From NCBI GenBank assembly GCA_963750165.1, contig CAVVPN010000003.1:608001-672000 (forward strand): a DNA stretch of 64,000 nucleotides, in the 5' to 3' direction. Of this stretch, positions 23,401-38,400 are shown in pieces. Made by a program: the position numbers and the translations under genes. The notes beneath the pieces are model-generated. The model did not search any database. It was not told the DNA's origin and worked only from the letters and a program-made list of their open reading frames with translations. Origin of the DNA: an uncultured Gemmataceae bacterium. GTDB taxonomy: Bacteria > Planctomycetota > Planctomycetia > Gemmatales > Gemmataceae. Within the stretch, counting starts at the first letter, position 1; every line of letters begins with the position of its first letter.

Positions 23401-26400
23401 TCGGCCTGACCAAGAGCGGCGGCGGCACCGAGGCCCTCTCGAACAGCAGCACGTACACCGGCCCGACCAACATCAACGCAGGCACGCTGCTCCTGGCGGC
23501 AGGGGTCAGCGTGCCCAACTATAGCTTCGAGACGCCCAACATCGGCACCGGCGGTGGGGCCTACCAGTACAACCCGGGCGGCGCCAGCTGGACGTTCAGC
23601 GGCGCCGGCCTGGCCGGCAACGGCAGCGCCTTCAACAACGCCAACGCCCCGGACGGCACCCAGGTGGCCTTCATCCAGACCACCGGCTCCATCACCCAGA
23701 GCATCGACTTCCCCGCGGACGGCTCGTATGTCATCAACTTCCAGTCGGCGTTCCGCAACGCCCAGAACGGCGTGAATGACTTCCAGGTGCTGGTGGACGG
23801 CACCGTGTACGGCACCTTCACGCCGACCACCTCGGCGAACTACCTGCCCTACTCCACCAGTGCCTTCACCGTGACGGCCGGCAGCCACACAGTCGAATTC
23901 CTGGGGCTCGACACCGCAGGCGGCGACCGCACCTCCTTCGTGGACGACGTGACGATCACCGGCGTCAGCGCGCCCCCGAGCATCCTGCCCACCACCACGG
24001 CGGTCACAGTAGCCGCGTCCGCCACGCTCGACCTGGGCGGGACCGACCAGACCATCGGTTCGCTGACCGGCGCAGGCAACGTCGTGCTCGGCACCGGCAC
24101 CCTGACCACGGGGGCCGATAACACCAGCACCACCTTCGGCGGCGTCATCAGCGGCGCGGGCAGCCTGACCAAGATCGGCAGCGGCGTCTTCACCTTCAGC
24201 GGCCTGGGCACCTACGCCGGCAGCACCACCGTCAACGACACCGGCACGCTTCAGCTGGCCGCCGGCGCGCTGCCCGCCAACCCCGTCGCCCACTACACGT
24301 TCGACGGCAACACCAACGACTCCAGCGGCAACGGCAACGACGGCACCATCAGCGGCGCCGGCACCAGTTACGTCAGCGGCCAGTTCGGCCAGGCCCTCAA
24401 CTTCACCGGCAGCCAGGCGGTCACCGTCCCCTACTCGGCCAGCCTGGCCAACCTCAACTCCTTCACCGTCTCGGCCTGGGTCAACATGGCCCCCGGCTTC
24501 ACCGCGTACCTCAACGGCATCCTGGGGACGCGCTTCGGCAGCGACAACACCTTCGATGTCAAGGTTCAGGCTTCCGGCATCCACGGCGATGTCGGCGACG
24601 GCACCAACTGGATCAACACTGGTGTGGACATCTCCAACGCTCAGGGCGGCCAGTTGACGCCCGGCACCTGGGCCATGATTACCTACGTGATCGACAGCAC
24701 CAGCGACCAGTTCCGGCTCTACATCAACGGCACCCTGCTGAACACCATCGGTTTCACCGGCACGCCGCTGTTCATGAAGCCCGGCCAGACCCTGGAAATC
24801 GGCGCATCTGCCGACGGCGAGTTCATGAACGGCGCCATCGACGATGTCTACATCTACGGCCGGGCGCTGGGCAGCCTCGAAATCGGCACCCTGTACAGCA
24901 CCAGCCACATGGTGTTGCCGACCAGTACCAACGTGTCGGTCGCCAACGGCGCGACCCTCGACCTCAACGGCATCACCCAGACGATTGGCAGCCTCAACGG
25001 CGCCGGCACCGTGACCAACAACAGCACCACGCCGGCGACGCTGACGGTGACCGGCGGCGGCAGTTTCAGCGGCAACATCACCGCCGCCAGTACCGCCCTG
25101 ACCGTCGGCGGCACGGCGCAGACGTTGACGCTCTCGGGCAACAACACCTACGGCGGCCCGACCACGATCAACAGCAGCGACACCCTCCAGGCCGGCAGCA
25201 CCACCGCCCTGCCTGACGCCACCAGCGTCACCGACAACGGCACCCTCGACCTGGGCGGCAACAACCTGACCATCGGTTCGCTGGCCGGCGCGGGCAACGT
25301 CGTGCTCGGCGCCGGCACCCTGACCACAGGAGCCGATAACACCAGCACCACGTTCGGCGGCGTCATCAGCGGCGCGGGCAGCCTGACCAAGATCGGCAGC
25401 GGCGTCTTCACCTTCAGCGGCCTGGGCACCTACGCCGGCAGCACCACCGTCAACGGCACCGGCACGCTCCAGCTGGCGAATGCGCCGCTCCCCGCCAACC
25501 CGGTCGCCCATTACACGTTCGACGGCAACACCAACGACTCCAGCGGCAACGGCAACGACGGCACCATCAGCGGCGCCGGCACCAGTTACGTCAGCGGCCA
25601 GTTCGGCCAGGCCCTCAACTTCACCGGCAGCCAGGCGGTCACCGTCCCCTACTCGGCCAGCCTGGCCAGCCTCAACTCCTTCACCGTCTCGGCCTGGGTC
25701 AACATGGTCCCCGGCTTCGCGTCGTTCACCAACGGCATCCTGGGGACGCGCTTCGGCGGCGACACCACGTTCGATTACAAGGTTCAGGCTTCCGGCATCC
25801 ACGGCGATGTCGGCAGCGGCAGCGGTTGGATCAACACGGGTGTGGACATCTCCAACGCCCAGGGCGGCCAGTTGACGGCCGGCACCTGGGCCATGATTAC
25901 CTACGTGATCGACAGCACCAGCGACCAGTTCCGGCTCTACATCGATGGCACCCTGCTGAACACCATCGGCTTCACCGGCACGCCGTTGTTCATGCAACCG
26001 GGCCAAACCCTGGAGATCGGCAATTCCTCCGGCGGCGAGTTCATGAACGGCACCATCGATGATGTTTACATCTACGGCCGCGCGCTGAACAACAGCGACA
26101 TCTTCACCCTGTACACGGCCAGTCACATGGTGTTGCCGAGTGGCACCAGCTTGTCGGTCGCCAGCGGCGCGACCCTGGACCTGAACGGCGTCACCCAGAC
26201 GGTCGGCAGTCTCAACGGCGCCGGCGCGGTCACCAACAGCGGCGCGGCGGCGACGCTGACGGTCAGCGGCGGCGGCACCTTCGGCGGCAGCATTCAGGAT
26301 GGCGCCGGCACCACGGCCCTGACGGTCACCGGCGGCACGCTGAACCTGACCAGCACCAACACCTACACCGGCGCCACCACCGTCAGCGGCGGCACCCTGC

Positions 26401-29400
26401 GCGTGAACGGCTCGATCACCAGCAATGCCACGGTCACCAGCCCCGGCACCCTTGGCGGCTCCGGCACCATCACGGGCAACGTCAGCGGCACCGGCACCAT
26501 CGATCCGGGCAACAGCCCCGGCATCCTTACCATCGCCGGCAACTTCACGCCGACGGGGACCGTCAACTTCGAGGTCTACAGTCCCTACGCGGTCGCCGGC
26601 ACGGATTACGACCAGATCATCGTCAACGGCGCGGGCAACACCATCAACCTCGGCGGCGCCACGGTCAACTTCATCAGCCCGGGCGGCGGCTCGGCCCCGG
26701 CCCTACCCAACGTCATCACCCTGATCCAGAACAACACCGGCACCACGATCACGCCGTTCGCCAACCTCGCGGCCGGGGCGACGGTCACCCTCAGCACCGG
26801 CCCCACCTTCGAGGCGTACTACGGCGGCAACGCCGGCTTGGACCTGGTCCTCGTCACCGCCGCGCCCTCGACCGTGGCCTATGTGTCGCCCACCTTCGCC
26901 GGCGACGCCCTTGGCCAGTCCATCACCGATGCCGACTTCGGCACGACCGGCAACCAGGGCGCCATCTTCGGCGTCAACGCCTTCACGACGATCGGCGCGG
27001 CCCTGAGCGCGATCACCAGTTCCGGCCAGGTGATCGTCAACAGCGGCAGCTACGCCGAGGCCGTCAACATCACCGGCACGCAGACGCTCACCATCACCGG
27101 CACGAACACCCCGCAGGCCGTCACGATCAACGCGCTGACCACGGTGGCCGGCACGACGGTTTCGATCCAGGGCGCGTCCACGCTGACCGATGGCGACGCG
27201 ACCAGCACGACGGCCGCCGGCACCGTCAGCGGCAGCGGCAGCCTGACCAAGCAGGGCACGGGGACGCTGACGCTCAGCGGCAGCAACACCTACACCGGCA
27301 CCACGACGGTCAGCGCGGGCACGCTGCTGGTGAACGGCAACGACTCGGCCGCGACCGGAGCGGTGGCCATCAACGGCGGTGTGCTCGGCGGCACCGGAAC
27401 GGTTGGCGGGGTGGTGACGGTGAACACTGGCGGGACGATCAACCCCGGCAACGGTGGCACCAGCATCGGCACCCTGACCGTCGCGGCGTTGACCTTCAAT
27501 GGCGGCACTTTCGCCGCGGACTTCAACGGCGCCACCTCGGACACAATCACCACGGCCGGGGCCGTCAACCTGAACGCCGGCACCGCCGGGACGTTCACCG
27601 TCAACAGCCAGACGGGGACCACCCCGCCCTCGACCGTCTACACGCTCATCAACAATACCGGTGTGGCGGCCATCAGCGGCACGCCGCTGACGGGTGCGGC
27701 GGTAGGCGTGCCGGTCACGATCAACGGCGTGCCGACCTTCGCCGACTACATCGGCGGGAACGGCCGCAGCTTCACTCTGACAGCCGCCGGCAACCCGACC
27801 CTCAACTACAACGGCGCCCTGATCGTTCGCAAGGACGTAACCGGCGGCGCGAATAACCTTCAGCTCGTTCAAAACGGCACCGTCGTGGACGAGCGGCCCC
27901 TGGCCAGCATCATTTCAGTCTACACCGTCAATTCCAACGCTGGCGGTCCCGGCGACAGCCTGACGGTCGATTACACGCCGGGCACCACCGCCCCGGCCGG
28001 GCTGTTCGCGACCAACATCGCCTACAACGAGACGGGCGCCACCCCTGCCAGCCTGACGGTCACCAGCGGCACCTTCGGCAAGCTTGCCTTCAACCCAACC
28101 GGCAGCACCGCCGAGACGATCCAGGAGTTCACCAACGCGGGCGACACCACGCCGCTGACGACCATCACCGCGACGGGCGTGAGCACGGTCAGCGACACCA
28201 GCACCAACACGGGTCTGGCGATCATCAACCTGCCCACGGGTCCGAACACCGCCACTCTGGCCGACGACGGCACCCCCGGCAACACCCTCTCCAAATTGAG
28301 TGGGTCCACCCTCCCCGCGACCAGCTTCGCCAACCCCGCCAGTTCGCTGACCATCAACCGCGGCAGCGCCGCGGACAACCTCACGGTCGCCGCCCTCCCC
28401 GATTTCACTGCGGGCCTGACGCTGGGCACCGCGGCCAACCCGTTCGGCACGCTGACCTTCAGCGGCGCCGTCACCCTGGCCGCGGGCAACAGCCTGGCCG
28501 GGGACGCCGCCGCCGCCATCAACTTCACGGGCGGCGGTGTCTTCGCCACCTCCGGCAGCGGCACCGTCGCACTGACGACGGCCACCAGTATTGCGCTGGC
28601 GTCCGGCTCCAGCATCACCACCGGTTCCGGCAACCTGACCCTGACGGCCAACAGCGCCGGCACGACGGCGGGCACCTTCGTCGGCATCACCGTCAACGGC
28701 GCCACGCTCCAGAGCGGCACGGGCACCGTGCTGCTGCAGGGCACCGGCGGAACGACCGGCAGCAACGACATCGGCGTGGAGATTCAGGGCGGAGGCAGGA
28801 TCCAGACCACGGCTGCCAGCGGTACGGTCACCGTCCTGGGCACCGGCGGCGCCGGCTCCAGCAACGACTACGGCGTCTACGTGACCGATGCCAATTCCAG
28901 GATCACGTCGAGCGGCGGCACCGTCGCCGTCACCGGCCAGGGCGGCTCCGGCTCCTTCGGCAACAACTACGGCGTGGACGTGGACAACGCAGGCCAGGTG
29001 ACCGCGGGCGGCACGGGCTCGGTCACCGTCCTGGGCACTGGTGGCACCGGCACCGGCAGCAACAACTACGGCGTCTACGTCACCGATGCCAATTCCAGGG
29101 TGACCTCGGGCGGCGGCACTGTCGCCGTCACCGGCCAAGGCGGCGGCAACGCCGCGTCCTTCGGCAACAACTACGGCGTGGACGTGGACAATACGGCGCA
29201 GGTGACGGCGGGCGGAGCGGGCACGGTCATGGTGACCGGCACCGGCGGCGCCGGGTCCGGCAACAACTACGGCGTCTACGTGGCCGACGCGAGCCAGGTG
29301 ACGGCGAGTGGCGCGGGCGCGGTCACCGTCCTGGGCAGCGGCGGCTCCGGGCCGTTCGGCTTCAACTACGGCCTCTACGTGACCGGTGCGGGTTCCCGGA

Positions 29401-32400
29401 TCACCTCGGGCGGCGGCACCGTCGCCGTCACCGGCCAGGGCGGCAGCGGCTCCGGGTCCGGCTTCAACTACGGCGTGGACGTGGACAGTGGCGGCCAGGT
29501 GACGGCGGGCGGCAGCGGCACGGTCACCGTCCTGGGCACCGGCGGTGCCACTTCGGGCGGCTTCAACTACGGCGTCTACGTGACGGATCCAGGCACCACG
29601 ATCACCTCGGGCGGCGGGGCCGTGTCGGTCACCGGTCAGGGCGGTGGCTCCGGCTCCGCCAGCAGCGACGACGGTGTGTACCTGGCCAACGCGGGTCAGG
29701 TGACGGCGGGCGGCAGCGGCACGGTCACCGTCCTGGGCACCGGCGGGACGGGTTCCGGGGGCGCCGAAGACGGCGTTTACGTGAGCGACAGCGGGACGTT
29801 GGTGACATCGGGCGGCGGCAACGTGTCGGTCACCGGTCAGGGCGGCGGCTCCGGGTCCGCCAGCGGCGACGACGGTGTGTACGTGGCCAACGCGGGTCAG
29901 GTGACGGCGGGCGGCACGGGCACGGTCACCGTCCTGGGCATCGGCGGGACGGGTTCCGGGGGCGCCGAAGACGGCGTCTATGTGAGCGACAGCGGGACGT
30001 TGGTGACATCGGGCGGCGGCAACGTGTCCGTCACCGGCCACGGCGGCGGTTCCGGCTCCAGTGCCGGCGACATCGGCGTCTATGTCGCCCTCGGTGGCGC
30101 GGTGACGGCGACCGGCAGCGGCACGGTCACCGTCCTGGGCACCGGCGGCGCCACTTCGGACGGCTTCAACTACGGCGTTTACGTGACGGATCCGGGCACC
30201 ACGATCACGTCGGGCGGTGGCACCGTCGCCGTCACCGGCCAGGGCGGCTCCGGTTCCTTCGGCAGCAACTACGGCATCGACGTGGCCAACGCAGGCCAGG
30301 TGACCGCGGGTGCCAGCGGCACGGTCACCGTCCTGGGCACCGGCGGCGCCGGCTCCAGCAACGACTACGGCGTCTACGTCACCGATGCCAATTCCAGGAT
30401 CACGTCGAGCGGTGGCACCGTCGCCGTCACCGGCCAGGGCGGCTCCGGCTCCTTCGGCAACAACTACGGCATCTACGTGGCCAACGCGGGCCAGGTGACC
30501 GCGGGCGGCACGGGCTCGGTCACCGTCCTGGGCACTGGTGGCACCAGCACCGGCAGCAACAACTACGGCGTCTACGTCACCGATGCCAATTCCAGGGTGA
30601 CCTCGGGCGGCGGCACTGTCGCCGTCACCGGCCAAGGCGGCGGCAACGCCGCGTCCTTCGGCAACAACTACGGCGTGGACGTGGACAATACGGCGCAGGT
30701 GACGGCGGGCGGAGCGGGCACGGTCATGGTGACCGGCACCGGCGGCGCCGGGTCCGGCAACAACTACGGCGTCTACGTGGCCGACGCGAGCCAGGTGACG
30801 GCGGGCGGAGCGAGCGCGGTAACGGTGACCGGCAGCGGCGGCTCCGGGCCGTTCGGCTTCAACTACGGCCTCTACGTGACCGGTGCGGGTTCCCGGATCA
30901 CCTCGGGCGGCGGCACCGTCGCCGTCACCGGCCAGGGCGGCAGCGGCTCCGGGTCCGGCTTCAACTACGGCGTGGACGTGGACAGTGGCGGTCAGGTGAC
31001 GGCGGGCGGCAGCGGCACGGTCACCGTCCTGGGCACCGGCGGTGCCACTTCGGGCGGCTTCAACTACGGCGTCTACGTGACGGATCCAGGCACCACGATC
31101 ACCTCGGGCGGCGGGGCCGTGTCGGTCACCGGTCAGGGCGGCGGCTCCGGGTCCGCCAGCGGCGACGACGGTGTGTACCTGGCCAACGCGGGTCAGGTGA
31201 CGGCGGGCGGCACGGGCACGGTCACCGTCCTGGGCATCGGCGGGACGGGTTCCGGGGGCGCCGAAGACGGCGTTTACGTGAGCGACAGCGGGACGTTGGT
31301 GACATCGGGCGGCGGCAACGTGTCGGTCACCGGTCAGGGCGGCGGTTCCGGCTCCAGTGCCGGCGACATCGGTGTCATTGTCGATAACAGTGGCCAGGTG
31401 ACGGCGACCGGCAGCGGCACGGTTACCGTTCAGGGCACCGGCGGGACGGGTTCCGGGGGCGCCGAAGTCGGCGTCTACGTGACGGGCAGCGGAGCGATCA
31501 CGTCGAGCGGCCAAAACGTTTCCATCACCGGCACCGGCGGCAGTACGACCACGCTTGGCATTCTGGTCGATACCCCCATCACCCTCGGTGGCAACACCAC
31601 CCTGAACCACACCGGCAGCGCTTCGCTGTCGATCAGCGCCCAGGTCACGCTCGGCACCTTCACGCTGACGGACAATGCCACCAGCCTCACCACGACCGGC
31701 ACCATCTCCGGCCAGATCAGCGGCAGCGGCAGCCTGACCAAGCAGGGCACGGGGACGCTGACGCTCAGCGGCAGCAACACCTACACCGGCACCACGACGG
31801 TCAGCGCGGGCACGCTGCTGGTGAACGGCAACGACTCGGCCGCGACCGGCGCGGTCGCCGTCAACGGCGGTGTGCTCGGCGGCACCGGAACGGTTGGCGG
31901 GGTGGTGACGGTGAACACTGGCGGGACGATCAACCCCGGCAACGGTGGCACCAGCATCGGCACCCTGACCGTCGCGGCGTTGACCTTCAATGGCGGCACT
32001 TTCGCCGCGGACTTCAACGGCGCCACCTCGGACACAATCACCACGGCCGGGGCCGTCAACCTGAACGCCGGCACCGCCGGGACGTTCACCGTCAACAGCC
32101 AGACGGGGACCACCCCGCCCTCGACCGTCTACACGCTCATCAACAATACCGGTGTGGCGGCCATCAGCGGCACGCCGCTGACGGGTGCGGCGGTAGGCGT
32201 GCCGGTCACGATCAACGGCGTGCCGACCTTCGCCGACTACATCGGCGGGAACGGCCGCAGCTTCACTCTGACAGCCGCCGGCAACCCGACCCTCAACTAC
32301 AACGGCGCCCTGATCGTTCGCAAGGACGTAACCGGCGGCGCGAATAACCTTCAGCTCGTCCAGAACGGCACCGTCGTGGACGAGCGGCCCCTGGCCAGCA

Positions 32401-35400
32401 TCATTTCAGTCTACACCGTCAATTCCAACGCTGGCGGTCCCGGCGACAGCCTGACGGTCGATTACACGCCGGGCAGCACCGCCCCGGCCGGGCTGTTCGC
32501 AACCAACATCGCCTACAACGAGACAGGCGCCACCCCTGCCAGCCTGACGGTCACCAGCGGCACCTTCGGCAAGCTCGTCTTCAACCCAACCGGCAGCACC
32601 GCCGAGACGATCCAGGAGTTCACCAACACGGGCGACACCACGCCGGTGACGACCATCACCGCGACGGGCGTGAGCACGGTCAGCGACACCAGCACCAACA
32701 CAGGTCTGGCGATCATCAACCTGCCCACCGGACCGAACGTCGCCACCCTGGCCGACGACGGCACCCCCGGCAACACCCTCTCCAAATTGAGTGGGTCCAC
32801 CCTCCCCGCGACCAGCTTCGCCAACCCCGCCAGTTCGCTGACCATCAACCGCGGCAGCGCCGCGGACACCCTGACCATCAACGCGCTACCTGACCTCACT
32901 GCGGGCCTGACGCTGGGCACCGCGGCCAACCCGTTCGGCACGCTGACCTTCAGCGGCGCCGTCACCCTGGCCGCGGGCAACAGCCTGGCCGGGGACGCCA
33001 CCGCCGCCATCAACTTCACGGGCGGCGGTGTCTTCGCCACCTCCGGCAGCGGCACCGTCGCACTGACGACGGCCACCAGTATTGCGCTGGCGTCCGGCTC
33101 CAGCATCACCACCGGTTCCGGCAACCTGACCCTGACGGCCAACAGCGCCGGCACGACGGCGGGCACCTTCGTCGGCATCACCGTCAACGGCGCCACGCTC
33201 CAGAGCGGCACGGGCACCGTGCTGCTGCAGGGCACCGGCGGAACGACCGGCAGCAATGACATCGGCGTGGAGATTCAGGGCGGAGGCAGGATCCAGACCA
33301 CGGCTGCCAGCGGTACGGTCACCGTCCTGGGCACCGGCGGCGCCGGCTCCAGCAACGACTACGGCGTCTACGTCACCGATGCCAATTCCAGGATCACGTC
33401 GAGCGGTGGCACCGTCGCCGTCACCGGCCAGGGCGGCTCCGGCTCCTTCGGCAACAACTACGGCATCGACGTGGCCAACGCAGGCCAGGTGACCGCGGGC
33501 GGCACGGGCTCGGTCACCGTCCTGGGCACTGGTGGCACCGGCAGCAACAACTACGGCGTCTACGTCACCGATGCCAATTCCAGGGTGACCTCGGGCGGCG
33601 GCACTGTCGCCGTCACCGGCCAAGGCGGCGGCAACGCCGCGTCCTTCGGCAACAACTACGGCGTGGACGTGGACAATACGGCGCAGGTGACGGCGGGCGG
33701 AGCGGGCACGGTCATGGTGACCGGCACCGGCGGCGCCGGGTCCGGCAACAACTACGGCGTCTACGTGGCCGACGCGAGCCAGGTGACGGCGAGTGGCGCG
33801 GGCACGGTCACCGTCCTGGGCAGCGGCGGCTCCGGGCCGTTCGGCTTCAACTACGGCCTCTACGTGACCGGTTCGGGTTCCCGGATCACCTCGGGCGGCG
33901 GCACCGTCGCCGTCACCGGCCAGGGCGGCAGCGGCTCCGGGTCCGGCTTCAACTACGGCGTGGACGTGGACAGTGGCGGCCAGGTGACGGCGGGCGGCAG
34001 CGGCACGGTCACCGTCCTGGGCACCGGCGGTGCCACTTCGGGCGGCTTCAACTACGGCGTCTACGTGACGGATCCAGGCACCACGATCACCTCGGGCGGC
34101 GGGGCCGTGTCGGTCACCGGTCAGGGCGGCGGCTCCGGGTCCGCCAGCGGCGACGACGGTGTGTACCTGGCCAACGCGGGTCAGGTGACGGCGGGCGGCA
34201 CGGGCACGGTCACCGTCCTGGGCATCGGCGGGACGGGTTCCGGGGGCGCCGAAGACGGCGTTTACGTGAGCGACAGCGGGACGTTGGTGACATCGGGCGG
34301 CGGCAACGTGTCGGTCACCGGTCAGGGCGGCGGTTCCGGCTCCAGTGCCGGCGACATCGGTGTCATTGTCGATAACAGTGGCCAGGTGACGGCGGGCGGC
34401 AGCGGCACGGTTACCGTCCTGGGCACCGGCGGGACGGGTTCCGGAGGCGCCGAAGTCGGCGTCTACGTGACGGGCAGCGGAGCGATCACGTCGAGCGGCC
34501 AAAACGTTTCCATCACCGGCACCGGCGGCAGTACGACCACGCTTGGCATTCTGGTCGATACCCCCATCACCCTCGGTGGCAACACCACCCTGAACCACAC
34601 CGGCAGCGCTTCGCTGTCGATCAGCGCCCAGGTCACGCTCGGCACCTTCACGCTGACGGACAATGCCACCAGCCTCACCACGACCGGCACCATCTCCGGC
34701 CAGATCAGCGGCAGCGGCAGCCTGACCAAGCAGGGCACGGGGACGCTGACGCTCAGCGGCAGCAACACCTACACCGGCACCACGACGGTCAGCGCGGGCA
34801 CGCTGCTGGTGAACGGCAATGACTCGGCCGCGACCGGAGCGGTGGCGGTCAACAGCACGGGTACGCTGGGTGGGACGGGGACGGTCGGCGGGGCAGTGAC
34901 GGTGAACACTGGCGGGACGATCAACCCCGGCAACGGTGGCACCAGCATCGGCACCCTGACCGTCGCGGCGTTGACCTTCAATGGCGGCACTTTCGCCGCG
35001 GACTTCAACGGCGCCACCTCGGACACAATCACCACGGCCGGGGCCGTCAACCTGAACGCCGGCACCGCCGGGACGTTCGTTGTCAACAGCCAGACGGGGA
35101 CCACCCCGCCCTCGACCGTCTACACGCTCATCAACAATACCGGTGCGGCGGCCATCAGCGGCGTGCCGCTGACGGGTGCGGCGGTAGGCGTGCCGGTCAC
35201 GATCAACGGCGTGCCGACCTTCGCCGACTACATCGGCGGGAACGGCCGCAGCTTCACTCTGACAGCCGCCGGCAACCCGACCCTCAACTACAACGGCGCC
35301 CTGATCGTTCGCAAGGACGTAACCGGCGGCGCGAATAACCTTCAGCTCGTTCAAAACGGCACCGTCGTGGACGAGCGGCCCCTGGCCAGCATCATTTCAA

Positions 35401-38400
35401 TCTACACCATCAATTCCAACGCTGGCGGCCCCGGCGACAGCCTGACGGTCGATTACACGCCGGGCACCACCGCCCCGGCCGGGCTGTTCGCAACCAACAT
35501 CGCCTACAACGAGACAGGCGCCACCCCTGCCAGCCTGACGGTCGCCAGCGGCACCTTCGGCAAGCTCGTCTTCAACCCAACCGGCAGCACCGCCGAGACG
35601 ATCCAGGAGTTCACCAACGCGGGCGACACCACGCCGGTGACGACCATCACCGCGACGGGCGTGAGCACGGTCAGCGACACCAGCACCAACACAGGTCTGG
35701 CGATCATCAACCTGCCCACCGGACCGAACGTCGCCACCCTGGCCGACGACGGCACCCCCGGCAACACCCTCTCCAAATTGAGTGGGTCCACCCTCCCCGC
35801 GACCAGCTTCGCCAACCCCGCCAGTTCGCTGACCATCAACCGCGGCAGCGCCGCGGACACCCTGACCATCAACGCGCTACCTGACCTCACTGCGGGCCTG
35901 ACCGTGGGCAGCAGCGGCAGTCCGTTTGCCACTGCCACCGTCAACGGCAGCTTCACGCTGAATACCGGCACGCAGAACCTGGCGATCAACGCCGGCGCGA
36001 TCAACCTCACCGGCGGGACGGCGACCGCCGGCAGCATCAATTTGACCGCCACGGGGGCCATCACCGAATCCGGGACCGGCACCCTGAGCACCACCGGCAC
36101 CTTGACGACCAGCTCGGCAACGGGAACCACTCTGGGCAACACCAATACCGTCAGCACCTTCACAGCCACCAACGCCACCAGTGGGAGCGTCAACCTGAAC
36201 AACAGCGCCGCGACCCTGGTCATCAGCGGCATCAACCAGAACGGCACCGTCGCCGGCTCCAACGTGAGCGTGACCAACGCGGGCGCCATGAACGTGATCG
36301 GTGCCGTCACCACCACGTCCGCCGCCAACGGCAACATCAACCTGACCTCGACCGGGGGGATGACCGTCAGCGCCGGAGTGAGCGCCGGCGGGTCCGGTAA
36401 CGTGACCTTGACGGCCAACAGCGCCGGCACGACGGCGGGCACCTTCGTCGGCATCACCGTCAACGGCGCCACGGTCCAGAGCGGCACAGGCACCGTGCTC
36501 CTGCAGGGCACCGGCGGAACGACCGGCAGCAATGACATCGGCGTGGAGATTCAGGGCGGAGGCAGGGTCCAGACCGCGGGTGCCAGCGGCACGGTCACCG
36601 TCCTGGGCACCGGCGGCGCCGGCTCCAGCAACGACTACGGCGTCTACGTCACCGATGCCAATTCCAGGATCACGTCGAGCGGCGGCACCGTCGCCGTCAC
36701 CGGCCAGGGCGGCTCCGGCTCCTTCGGCAACAACTACGGCATCTACGTGGCCAACGCGGGCCAGGTGACCGCGGGCGGCACGGGCTCGGTCACCGTCCTG
36801 GGCACTGGTGGCACCAGCACCGGCAGCAACAACTACGGCGTCTACGTCACCGATGCCAATTCCAGGGTGACCTCGGGCGGCGGCACTGTCGCCGTCACCG
36901 GCCAAGGCGGCGGCAACGCCGCGTCCTTCGGCAACAACTACGGCGTGGACGTGGACAATACGGCGCAGGTGACGGCGGGCGGAGCGGGCACGGTCATGGT
37001 GACCGGCACCGGCGGCGCCGGGTCCGGCAACAACTACGGCGTCTACGTGGCCGACGCGAGCCAGGTGACGGCGAGTGGCGCGGGCGCGGTCACCGTCCTG
37101 GGCAGCGGCGGCTCCGGGCCGTTCGGCTTCAACTACGGCCTCTACGTGACCGGTGCGGGTTCCCGGATCACCTCGGGCGGCGGCACCGTCGCCGTCACCG
37201 GCCAGGGCGGCAGCGGCTCCGGGTCCGGCTTCAACTACGGCGTGGACGTGGACAGTGGCGGCCAGGTGACGGCGGGCGGGACAGGCACGGTCACCGTCCT
37301 GGGCACCGGCGGTGCCACTTCGGACGGCTTCAACTACGGCGTCTACGTGACGGATCCGGGCACCACGATCACCTCGGGCGGCGGGGCCGTGTCGGTCACC
37401 GGCCAGGGCGGCGGCTCCGGGTCCGCCAGCAGCAACTACGGCGTGTACGTGGCCAACGCGGGTCAGGTGACGGCGGGCGGCACGGGCACGGTCACCGTTC
37501 AGGGCACCGGCGCCCCCACAACCGACAGCGGAAACTACGGCGTCTACGTGAGCGACAGCGGGACGTTGGTGACATCCACAGCCGGCAACATCTCGGTCAC
37601 CGGCCAGGGCGGCGGTAGCACCACGGTCGGCATCTTCATCGATACCGGGGCCGCGGTGACCGCACCGGGCGCATTTTCTGTGACGCTCTCGGCGCTGGGC
37701 GCGACCACCGGCGACATCTTCATTGCCGGCACGGTCAGCAGCACCACCGGCCCCATCCATGCAACGGCCGCCGGCAGCATCGGCTTCGACACCACCGGCT
37801 TCGTCTCCACCTCGACCAGCGCCGCCGGCGCCAACGTCACGCTGACCGCCTCCGCCACCGGCACCATTACCGAGGCCGGCACCAACACGACCGTGACCGG
37901 CAACGCCCTGGCGCTTACGGCCGGCGGCGGCATCGGCTCCAGCACCAATCCGATCGTCATGAACGGCACGACGTTGACCACGAACAGCGTGGCCAGCAAC
38001 GGCAACCAGTTCCTGGCCGAAATCCCCAGCGGTACAATCAAGCTGGTCACCGCCAACGCTCTCAACGCCGGCACCGGCACGATCGCGTTGCTCGGCGGCG
38101 ACTTCCAGATCACTGCCGCCGCGGCCGGCAACGCCATCGCCGACACCAGCCCACTCGCGGTCGAGTCGCCCGCCAGGCTTGACCTGAACAACAACAACGA
38201 AACGGTGTGGTCGCTGTCCGACGGCGGGGCCCTGGGGGGCAGCGTGACGCTCGGCAGCGGCACACTAACCACGGGCAACAACACCGCCAGCACCACCTTC
38301 AGCGGCGTCATCAGCGGCAGTGGCGGCCTGACCAAGGTCGGCAGCGACACGTTCACGCTTTCAGGCACCAACACGTACACTGGCGTCACCAACATCAACG

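Noticed and set aside
24270..26120. Diversity-generating retroelement TR/VR pair
   Set aside because: Differences are not adenine-specific, both copies are coding, and no reverse transcriptase is present.
28740..37620. Regular ~100-bp repeats as CRISPR or non-coding array
   Set aside because: They are in-frame coding repeats of the giant ORF with no unique spacers.
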